Part shown: positions 1-10,795 of the stretch, one piece after another | Position numbering within the stretch: the first letter of the stretch is position 1 | How the letters are laid out: each line of letters begins with the position of its first letter | Assembly: GCF_023055435.1 (NCBI RefSeq) | Contig: NW_025964383.1 | Location: forward strand, 10,416,001-10,480,000 | Direction: 5' to 3' | From: Haliotis rufescens | Lineage: Eukaryota | Length of the DNA: 64,000 nucleotides | Made by a program: the position numbers and the translations under genes | The notes under the pieces: model-generated | The model's database searches: none | Told to the model about the DNA's origin: nothing | What the model saw: only the letters and a program-made list of their open reading frames with translations

Positions 1-1400
1 TCGCTGACGTGATGCGTTCACGAGCGTCGGTTTACACAACGAACAGGATGTTGGTTTGTGCATCGACCAATCTAATGACTCGTGAGTAGGAATAATTCTT
101 CATATATTAGTCAACATGTATGGTATTCGCGTTTCTTTTGTCAGTGAGTATATCAGAAGCAAAGTTCCCAGTATTGCAGTCAAGCATATCATACAAGGTG
201 ATACGAGGACGTTTATTTTTTAGTGGTCATAGTGAAATATATTTCTTCAAATCATTGAGCACACGAACATATACATTGAACAATACTTTAATCAAAGTAA
301 TTTACATGATTCATCAATACATTAATTGAATGTGATTCCTTGGCATTTAATTGGCTAACGCATTGTGACGTCACAGTCGTACATAGAAAAGCGCCAAATA
401 GCAGGATCTCCATTATTCTTAAAACTTTAAGTACATTTTCTTTGTTGATTTTATCGTGTTTTCTGCACAATATGTATTGTCACACATCCATGGAGTATTG
501 AAGCAACCGCAGTATGCATTTTGTAGTGTGTAATTATACATAAAGATATTTAAATATTCCAAACGGTACTTCCCAAATATATAGTAGAATGTATATTTAA
601 TGCTTATACATCTGAAGAAATAACTTGTTATATACATATACATTGGAAATATATATGATAGACTATCAGGTTTTTTATGCAGCGCGCGTGTTTATAAACA
701 TGTGTACACATATACCGTTCCATTGAAGGCAACGAAATCCATGAACATGGTTTAATTCATCCATGCTGCTTGTAATCCGTTGAATAATACAATGACACAC
801 CTTGAAGAGCATGCTAGTATTCGACCGTTTTGTTATATTTGATCAAATGGACATCAAAATAAAATAAAGTTGTTCGTGGTATTTAGGTATAAGATAATCA
901 AACACACAATTATGCCATTTGCCACAAAGTCATTATACTTTATCATGTTACAAAAAATCGTTATCACGTCATTCGAAATAAAGCTGATGATGCGTTTTCA
1001 TCGTATGTAAGTATACATAGCGATAATCACAGATTGGCTTTTAAAAATAAGAAATAAAACATCGATAATGTGATTACTACTATTTCCACACTGGATAACG
1101 ACATTAAATAATTTACAATGGTGATGATGGAAGCATGCAATTATGAATATGCTAAACTTAGTACAAAGTCTTTAATAGGCATTTAGAAGTTTGAAGAACA
1201 TGAATACATGACACATTTTATGGATATCAACTTCTTTTATTCTTTGTCAAGACGATTCAAAGGTATTTCGTTTGTGAATAGAGTTGGAATAAAGGAAGTT
1301 GATATTCCTAAAACAGTGTCATGTATTAGTACAGACAACTCAAAGATGATCACCGGTGATAAACATCTGCGTTATAAGCAGTGTTGCTAATTCTGTTGTG

Positions 1401-1698
1401 CTACTGTCTAGCTACCGAAAAAGCCATGGCTTTCTCCAATAACGATTTCTTCCACAGTGGTAATTGTATCTCTTTTCCCGACACCAGCTTCATCTGAACA
1501 GCAGCTAGGCAAGAGTTGTATGCTCCAAACACGGGCCAGAGGTCATCTGCCTGTTCTTCTGTGTCTAGTGTCACAAGTTCAGCTAGGGTGTTGAGGTCAA
1601 ATATAGTGAGGGTGTTCCTGGTACCGTCAAACAGAAGCCCATGTCGCAGTGTGTCAGATGTTCCTGGACTGGTCGACAAAACGTTTTCGTAGCATCTC
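1401..1698 (-). pseudogene. Displaced original 3' half of the A1 SPRY exon (A-type tail EIQLPLWKKSLLEKAMAFSVARQ)
   Basis: Matches A2 31269-31566 and is cut off from the rest of the A1 exon by two 557-bp inserted units. Confidence 0.8.
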
Positions 1699-2812
1699 GA
1701 AAAAGACAACACACACATCTGCTTGGCTGTTCAGCGGATTAAGCTGCTGCATTAACACATGCCTTGGCACTATGTTGGTAAGAACGTTTAGGTACATCTA
1801 ATATGTAACTGTACAATAATTGGCATGCATATATACTTTTTTAAATGGACTGTTTTAAGAAAACAATATGCGAACTTTATCAATCAGTCCAATAAACAGC
1901 CGTAAGAAACACCTCACTGATTATTTATCATCATCTACTCCCACGAAAATTTTCAATAGCAATATAAGCTACAAATCACTCCATTGCTCCCTTCAGCATT
2001 TTTGTCTTTGATTTTAAAATATTTATTTCTTTTCCCGACACCAGCCTTATCTGAACAGCAGCAAGGGAAGAGTTGTATGCTCCGAACACGGGCCAGTAGT
2101 CATCTGCCTGTTTTTCTGTGTCTAATGTCACAAGTTCAGCTATGGTGTTGAGGTCAAATATAGTGAGGGTGTTCCTGGTACCGTCAAACAGAAGCCCATG
2201 TCGCAGTGTGTCAGATGTTCCTGGACTGGTCGACAAAACGTTTTCGTAGCATCTCGAAAAAGACAACACACACATCTGCTTGGCTGTTCAGCGGATTAAG
2301 CTGCTGCATTAACACATGCCTTGGCACTATGTTGGTAAGAACGTTCAGGTACATCTAATATGTAACTGTACAATAATTGGCATGCATATATACTTTTTTA
2401 AATGGACTGTTTTAAGAAAACAATATGCGAACTTTATCAATCAGTCCAATAAACAGCCGTAAGAAACACCTCACTGATTATTTATCATCATCTACTCCCA
2501 CGAAAATTTTCAATAGCAATATTAGCTACAAATCACTCCATTGCTCCCTTCAGCATTTTTGTCTTTGATTTTAAAATATTTATTTCTTTTCCCGACACCA
2601 GCCTTATCTGAACAGCAGCAAGGGAAGAGTTGTATGCTCCGAACACGGGCCAGTAGTCATCTGCCTGTTTTTCTGTGTCTAATGTCACAAGTTCAGCTAT
2701 GGTGTTGAGGTCAAATATAGTGAGGGTGTTCCTGGTACCGTCAAACAGAAGCCCATGTCGCAGTGTGTCAGATGTTCCTGGACTGGTCGACAAAACGTTT
2801 TCGTAGCATCTC
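1699..2812 (-). repeat. Two tandem 557-bp units (1699-2255, 2256-2812), each the B-type 3' half of the SPRY exon plus B 3' flank
   Basis: Identical junction catctc|gaaaaagacaac at 1698/1699 and 2255/2256. The unit matches B1 ~10507-11075. Confidence 0.9.
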
Positions 2813-5755
2813 ATCTTCTGGCCATTGCTCCAGATCTTTGCACAGCCTCCTTTGTGTGTAGAGCAGTGTGCGATGACGAGACACATGGATCCTTTCTGCC
2901 CGCTCATGCAGTAGCTGTTGTCCAGGCATGCTCCCCTAGCCACACCTATTTCCATAAGTAGGCCATGTTGCATTTCAGAGGCCACGTTGAAGTCTGACTC
3001 CACCTCCCAATAGCTGACTTTGTCTTTGGGTAGAGGTGTAATAGCCGTTGTCCCAACATACTGACCTAGTTTCCTTTCTTGGGAGACTTTACTATTAACC
3101 AGGAACCCTTTGTTGTTGACATGGACCTTATTGTTGTTGATTCTTTCCACGTCAAACGACAAAGCAGGATCTGCAATGTACCAACACCTTGTTTCTGCAT
3201 ATCATTTGGTATCATTATTTTTTTCTAAATTGTAATCTCTGAATTCTTTACGCTCGCACTATTTACTGGGTCTGTGGCTAGTCTGGTGGTTAAAGCGTTC
3301 ATTCGTCACGCCGAAGACCCGGGATCGATCCCCACATGGGTACAATGTGTGAAGCCCATTTCTAATGTCCCCCGCCGTGATATTGCTGGAATATTCCCAC
3401 TCACTGTAATATGTTCTAATCATAATTAATGTTTCTACGCTGACATTAGTGTTTCCGTGTCTGCATAAAGATACGTTCAGTGTAATAAAAAAGATTCCAG
3501 TGCATGTTTTGTTTCATTCAGTTTCCCCATGCGTATTATTTCGTTTTATTACAGTTATTGATTTGTCTGTAATGCACAGTCTTTAAACTATTAGCTTGGC
3601 GTCACGCTTTTGATGTTGCAGCTGATTCTGAACCAGATTTCACAGAGGCAGATTCTCGTATTTTCTACACCAAATTCAAAATAATTACAAACATACTGAA
3701 ACAACATTTACATATTGTCAGTGATGACAAACACCAAGATATGTGGTAACTAAGAGTGTGTGAGTCCGGCAATATTACGGTGGGGACACAAGAAATAAGC
3801 TTCAGCCATTTGCGTAAAGAGCGAACGCTTTAACCACTATCATCTTCAAAGAAAGCTGCTAACATACAATATAAATGTTTTCAACAAACCCATATACATG
3901 CTATGTAATCGGGATAAATGTTTCTTCACTGAACGTAATTTACCTGAATTAAAACTCAGTCTATATTAGATAAATTATCAAGGATACTCATGAAACCGGA
4001 AAAGGTCAAATAAACATACAATGCATGCATGCAGATCAAATTGTTCATACATTGTGGGATTCCTCTCTGGAGAAACCCTGGTAAACCTGATGTTTTTTTA
4101 CATAAACCTTATTCGTTTTAATCCTTTCAAAATCAAATGCCGAATTCGGACTTTAGATATAGACTAGGAAAATCTAAGGACAATATTTGAGTCAAGCAGA
4201 TTATCATGCATGTTATTTTAAAATTGTTAATTATTAAAGCTATTGCCTTCATTATTATGACATATTAACAACATTGAATTCAGAACAAACAAGTTGTTGA
4301 TGTGTTTTCCACGTTGCTCCGTTTGCTTCAAATGTGCGAAAAAAAGAAACACGTTTGGTGTGGAATGATTTCACTTACACAATCTCTCTTCTACTGGCTC
4401 AAGGTGACGTTTCTCGGCTGAAGAAGAAGTTAATGCAAATATGATCCAAGCAAACGTGTAAAGGTATGTTCATTTCGTTTGGCATTATACAGTTTCAATG
4501 TTACCATAGCACAACAATTTTATCGTTTTAGACAATGATATTTCAATCCTATCTCTGCTGTTGTTCGGGCGTCACATAAGTTACAAATTTGATTTGACAT
4601 TAAATCTCTTTTTAATTGTTTAAAAATACCATTATCAAAAATTTCTTTCATTTATTTCTAACCTGAGCCCTTCTTGTCGTTTTCCTTGTCTTGGCTGTGA
4701 ATGTCAGACTCAGTTGTTCCAATGGATGAAATAACTTCTTCAAGATGTTCCATCTGGTCCTTCGAGAAGGACAGTTGCATTGCTTCAACCTCAGCCCCCG
4801 CAACATCCTCAGCTAAACAGTTTTCCGTCTGTATTTTCATGCATTTCTCCAGCATCAGGATATCACTGGGAGGCCCATATTTCAGCAGTTTTTCAGTAAA
4901 GTCATGTGTGTCCTCACATTTACGTAGAACGTTTTGCAATCCCAAGTTAATCCTTGAAATGTCCACCAGGTTAAGTCTATGCTTGGAGTCTAATTCTTCT
5001 TGTAGTTCTGCTTCACGTTTGGTGAGGCACACCTTTAGATGATGGAATCTATTTGACAGGAGTGTCTTTGAGTCGTTGTAACTTGCTTCCGAATTCTCTC
5101 GCGTTGTTTTGGTTTCTGTCATCGCTTTCCGGATTTCTTGTAACTTTTCTTCTAATTTAGCTTTGCGTTGTTTCGTCGTGCTTTTCCCCACATTAGCTGC
5201 ATCTTCCAGTTCCTGCACAACACAATGCTTATGTTCTGACCGTACGCATTTAGAACAAATGAGAGTCTCACAAGTTTCATCGTAAAGGTCAAGAAAGTAC
5301 TCATCGTGATCAGTACAGAGGGCACTGGGGGGCGTCAGTCCACCTGCTTTCATATCTCCCACTGGCAACATCTGATGGGTCCTGGACGTCTTAACTTGGT
5401 TGTGAGCAGATTCACATGACCTACAAAACATGGCCTGGCAGTTCCTACACCATGACCTGGCAGTCTTTGCTGAATTACCGTGGTCTTTATTGGTGCATGT
5501 GACCTCTGATGGCTTCAATTTGAGGGTTGAGGATAGTATATCCATTTCAGTGACATGGTCCTTTGGCAAAACGATCGTTCTTTTGTCGAAAGAATATCTA
5601 CAAAATGAACACTGTACCGTTTCGCATTCAGCTCCGATGCAATCAGCACACACAGGATGTAAACAAGGGAGAAGGTATGGCTCGGCTCCTTTGTATCTGA
5701 ATGGCGTCTCACAAGCACTGCATTGTGGGATTCTAACTGTGATTTTGGTGGCCAT
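2533..5755 (-). CDS. TRIM-like E3 ligase A1 (RING-Bbox1-Bbox2-coiled coil-B30.2/SPRY-like), ~589 aa, with a B-type C-terminal tail
   Basis: Predicted coding exons are 5755-4663, 4417-4379 and 3170-2533, joined by GT-AG phase-1 introns (1770 nt in total). Motifs: C3HC4 RING CSAC..PCLHPVCADC..CSFC; B-boxes WCRNCQAMFCRSCESAH and CTDH..CETLICSKCVRSEH; SPRY-like YWEV..EIGVA..WPVFG. A probable 5' UTR exon has its donor at 5912. Confidence 0.85.
3270..3405 (+). mobile_element. tRNA(Asp-like)-derived SINE, family 1 (paralog at 32030-32162)
   Basis: A-box-like tagtctggtgg, cgtcacgccgaagacccggg..tcgat head, and body gatattgctggaatatt. Confidence 0.85.
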
Positions 5756-6619
5756 GATGTTGGAAACCTTATAAACGAAAATTAGGTATATGTACAAAAT
5801 CAGTATGTCTAAGATTATAACAGGTAATTAAAATAATGTACCTTCAGGACGTCATTTAACCTGTATGGAGATTATTATTCATATATAATTTTTAAGGCGA
5901 TATTCTCCTTACCAGTATAATTCAGCTTCGATGTTCGTATTGCGATGGTTGGATGATGTTGTTCAAAGGCTTTCGCTTAGAAATTCAGACATTAGACTCC
6001 GTTAGCTACCGTCGTGGAGACACCATCCACAGGACGTGTATGACTGGGGGCGTTTGTAAACTTCGAACCACAAAATGACAGCCGACACTCTGATAAGCTG
6101 TAGTTGATGGCCGTGTGTCACATGATAGGTGACACACTCTGACCGACTAAGCTGATATGCAGTGCAAAAGTGTTTTTTTTATCTACACTAAATGTAAAGC
6201 TAAGGACTGTAACATGGTCATTATTATCGAACTTAATTTAATCATCTCTCTAAATATATCTCCTGTACCCTCATTCAGTCACGAGTACCGTACTGACTAC
6301 CCAACTATATATGTATACTTAATGAAGGCTGTACTTGTCAAAATCTGACACATTTTAGGTTTTAATGGAGACATTGCAGTGGTTTTAGATACCATGAAAA
6401 ATATTATTTCTTAACCTGCAAAACAACTGGATATTTGTGATCAAATCGTTTACAACGGGTGGAACTTGTAGATGTCCACTTGCGGTGTGTGTGTTAATGT
6501 CGTGTAACTCTGCATCCAGGTTTACTACTACATACAACATTAAGTATAGCTAAGTACAGATATTATTAAGGTCATCATTGGCGCTGCTCCTCCAAAATAG
6601 GTTGTACCTACGCTCTTCC

Positions 6620-7575
6620 CACTTTCCAAGTTTAACCCGACTGTTTCAGCACTTTCCATCCCCCAAGTATAACCCTATTGCTTCAACTTTCTTTCCACTT
6701 CCAAGGTTTAACCTGACTGCTTCATCATTTTACACTCCACAAGTATAACCCGACTGCTTCCACTATTTACACTTCCTAAGTAGACCCGATTGCCGTCACT
6801 CTTTCCACGTCCTAAGTATAACCCGACTGCTTCCACTGTTAACACTTCCTACGTAGATCCGATTGCTTCCACTTTTTCGACGTCCTAAGTATAACCCGAC
6901 TGCTTCCACTATTTACACTTCCTAAGTAGATCCGATTGCCGTCACTCTTTCCACGTCCTAAGTATAACCCGAATGCTTCCTCTATTTATTTTTCCTAAGC
7001 AGATCCGATTGCTTTCACTTTTTCCACATCCTAACTATAACCCGACTGCTTCCACTATTATACTTCCTAAGTAGATCCGATTACCTTCACTTTTTCCCGT
7101 CCCCAGTACAATCCGACTGCTACCACTATTTAAAGTCCATAAGTAGATCCGATTGTTTTCACTTTTTCCACGTCCTAAGTATAACCGGGCTGCTTCCACT
7201 ATTTACGCTTCCTAAGTAGATCCGATTGCTTCCACTTTTTCCACGTCCTAAGTATAACCCGACTGCCTCCACTATTTAGGCTTGCTAAGTAGATCCGATT
7301 TCCTTCACTTTTTACCGTCCTAAGTATAACCCGACTGCTTCCACTATTTAAACTTCCTAAGCAGATCCGATTGCTTTCACTTTTTCCATGTCCTAAGTAT
7401 AACCCGACTGCTTCCACTATTATACTTCCTAAGTAGATCCGATTACCTTCACCTTTTCCCGTCCCCAGTATAATCCGACTGATACCACTATTTAAAGTCC
7501 ATAAGTAGATCCGATTGTTTTCACTTTTTCCACGTCCTAAGTATAACCCGACTGCTTCCACTATTTACACTTTCC
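6620..7575 (+). repeat. Tandem array of alternating 36/37-bp subunits (~73-bp higher-order unit)
   Basis: cctaagtataacccgactgcttccactatttacactt alternates with cctaagtagatccgattgcttccactttttccacgt. Confidence 0.9.
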
Positions 7576-8744
7576 ACTCCCGCTCTGTACACTGCTTCCT
7601 CAGTGCTTTAACCCTTGGCAGTGCTTCCCTACTTTCCACCTCCCGAAGTGCTTCCGCTCTTTGTACTGCTCACAGCCTTACCTGAGTCCTGCCACTCACT
7701 GGTTCGATATGCCAGGTGGTTGATGTCGCACTTTAATATGCGTCAACCAATTACACGAATTATTCCACATTTATACTTCTCGTCAATTCGAATCCTTGTA
7801 TGCCCTGATTATGTTTCTGGGTTTTTCAACACTATTACAGTGTTTGTGGATTTCACCAAAGTGGTAAACGTTTTAGACCTACCCAACAAGCTGACAAAAT
7901 TACACCAAGTTCTTTCAAACGTTAGCTTGACCTCAAATTACCTTTACTCCTATCACTGCCCCAGATTTTAGTATGTGTATAAGTGTTAAAAAAAACTTTT
8001 CAAAATATATTAAATTGTCAGAGTGCTTCAAAACCTCTGCCGTAGAATACCAGAATGAATCCGTCCTCCCCATTATACTCTTCCTTATGGGTTTACGTTA
8101 AAGAAAACATCTGTAATCTGCACCATCTTGTGCTCTGGTCTCGCATTAAGCTCTGACATAACTGATATACTGTTCAACGCGGCGTTAAAAACAACTTACT
8201 CAATCACACACGTTGTGATTCAACACTTTACACTTCCTGGACAGTTGTACCTTATATGTCTTTAGAGATAAGCCCTCAATCATCATGCTGTGCATATTGA
8301 CTCATGTGCACTGCACGTCGCTGCAAGTCGTGAGCTCTATTATACAGACCTGTGCTCATCCATATATGGGCCAACTGCTTGAGTAAAGACTCAACACTGC
8401 ATTATCTTTTTATCTTGATTTGAATGGTGTCACGAGAGAGTGATTGGACTGTGCGATGTCTGTAATGTGTGTAGATTATGTAAGTGGCTTGTTGTGTGCC
8501 AGGAGTGCGTGGTGTACAACAGAAAGTGACCTGATTATCAGGATAGCCTATGAAAATGTTCACGCAGCTTCGGTCGATAAGGCTGTTGTGAAATTTTCCC
8601 AATATGTTTTAGTAAATATCTGCATAGTTCTGGTAAATTTGCACATTCACTGTAACACATTATTTTCTAGCATACATATTTATTACACACACACGGGTTG
8701 CTGAAGGCCAATTCTAACCCGGATCTTCACAGTATATACAAATA

Positions 8745-8781
8745 CATTATATATATATACATTATATATATACACATACCT

Positions 8782-8824
<43 letters not shown>

Positions 8825-8905
8825 TAGATATAGATAATATAGACATATGTATGTAGATAGAAAGATAGATATAGATATATAGATATGTAGATAGATAGAT
8901 ATATA
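8745..8905 (+). repeat. (TA)n/(TAGA)n microsatellite
   Basis: Direct reading. The paralogous site is the N gap at 37648-37800. Confidence 0.95.
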
Positions 8906-9627
8906 CATCGAATAAGTATGACAACTACGATTTCTCTCACAATTGAACTATGTGTGGTATATGTGTAAATGATATGACACGAAGTTATAGATAGTGTTTT
9001 GGCAGTCGTCATTGTACGTACATGTATATGTCAAATCACCATCATTATTGCAGAAAGTCATATGTAGTATGAATTATTGTGCAAACACTTCTGGGCCAGG
9101 TATTCTAATGATTATTCTGCGTATGTTCATAGTCGTTTGTATTGTGAATAACTGTGTATTTATAGCTATTCTGAGTGTGCTCTCATGCTTGATTGTATGT
9201 TGGATAGTTCATGGAAGATCAACAGTTTTGAGTATGTGTATTCACGCTGAATGTAAGTTGAATGGTAATGTGTAGCGGTGTGTATGTATTGGAGTATATA
9301 ATGTCCGTATATCAGATGACGACCGAGTCCAGTAAACGTCTCGGGTGAGAGGAGGTGAGGTGAACTGGGGTTTAACTTCGCGTTCATGATTTTTTTCCTT
9401 ACATAGCGTATGTGTGTATGCTCACTGATATACCATGCCTCCGTTTGACATGTCTACCCCACTCAAACACGGTATACTGACTCCGAGCCGACTTGCCCTT
9501 GTTTTAGCCCCTTAATGACGAGCGCCAGGCAGGGTAACATCAAGTACCTTTGTTATGACGCGTCCGGGGATCTAACCAACGACATTCCGTTCCCGGCCAG
9601 ACGCTCTTTCCAATCGATCACGGAGGC

Positions 9628-9670
9628 GGTGAGGTGAGGTGAGGTGAGGTGAGGTGAGGTGAGGTGAGGT
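9628..9670 (+). repeat. (GAGGT)n microsatellite (paralog at 38578-38625)
   Basis: Direct reading. It sits at the tail end of an adjacent SINE. Confidence 0.95.
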
Positions 9671-10795
9671 GCAAAATTTCACTTGGATACCCAACTTATT
9701 AATTGTCTCCGGGCAGACCAATCCTTGTTTTATCCCCTTCCTGCCTAGCGCCTGGCAAATATCATCTTTTAGCTCCTTTTGGTATGACGCGACCGGGGAT
9801 CGAACCCCGGATCTTCCGCTTTCTGTGAAGGCGCCCTATCCACTCGACCAGGGAGGCGGTCATAGTCATGAAGGAGTTTTAGTGATTTGTGCGTAATCTG
9901 ATAGAGTATCTGTGTATGTATGAGCGGCAGGATGAGAGTGGGTTCAAATGAAACTCAATTGGGATGATTAAATCATTAAGATTAGTTTCAAAAGTATTAT
10001 GAGTTCATATCTGGCTAGTTTTTGCTCCCTGTTTGGAGAATAGCTGACAAAGAAGCGACAATACCCTTTCCAAAGTCATAAGAAGCGCTTTTTATTATTC
10101 TTTGTATCATATACATGCAGCGAAACAATATAAACATATCCTTGCACATAACCTTGAACATATATTTATCTTTAACCATCAACATAACGCAGGTACAAAT
10201 AATGTATTTTACACCTTGTATACACACACACACACCAATTTTGTCATTTTAACTTCATATCTATAGTTTAACCACAGAGAGAAATCATGACAGTTTGTAC
10301 AGTCATTATGATGAAGATGGGGAAAATTTTGATAAATGTGTAGATAAGAAAACTGTATATGTGGTGTACATTACTTACATATACGGTATGTTTATCATGT
10401 ATCTTGTGGCTTGGAATGAACTTTTAGATTTTCACAGTTACGAATTGAATTAACAATGGCGAAACGGGTAAATAGTAAAATAATACACAAGTACAATTCT
10501 TGGCATGAAACAGACAACACACGCATCTGCTTGGCTGTTCAGCAGATTAAGCTGCTGCATTAACACATGCCTTGGCAATATGTTGGTAAGAACGTTTAGG
10601 TACATCTAATATATAACTGTACAATAATTGGTATGCATATACACTTTTTTAAATGGACTGTGTTAAGAAAACAATATGCGAATGTAGATAGTGATGTTAT
10701 CAATCAGTAAAAAAAACAGTCGTAAGAAACACCTCACTGATTATTTATCATCATCTACTCCCACGAAAATGTTCAATAGCAATATAAGCTACAAA

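Noticed and set aside
1699-1718. MCVLSFSR start or new splice acceptor for the stranded SPRY half-exons
   Set aside because: The ORF start is non-ATG junction sequence, the candidate acceptor is a weak GAG, and no matching donor was found.
4701-5774. Antisense ORFs overlapping TRIM exons (also 12907-13233, 33458-34531, 41857-42183)
   Set aside because: These are shadow frames of real coding exons, conserved only because of the recent duplication.
6620-7575. CRISPR-like 36/37-bp periodicity
   Set aside because: There are no unique spacers (the alternating subunits are related to each other), the context is eukaryotic and there are no cas genes.
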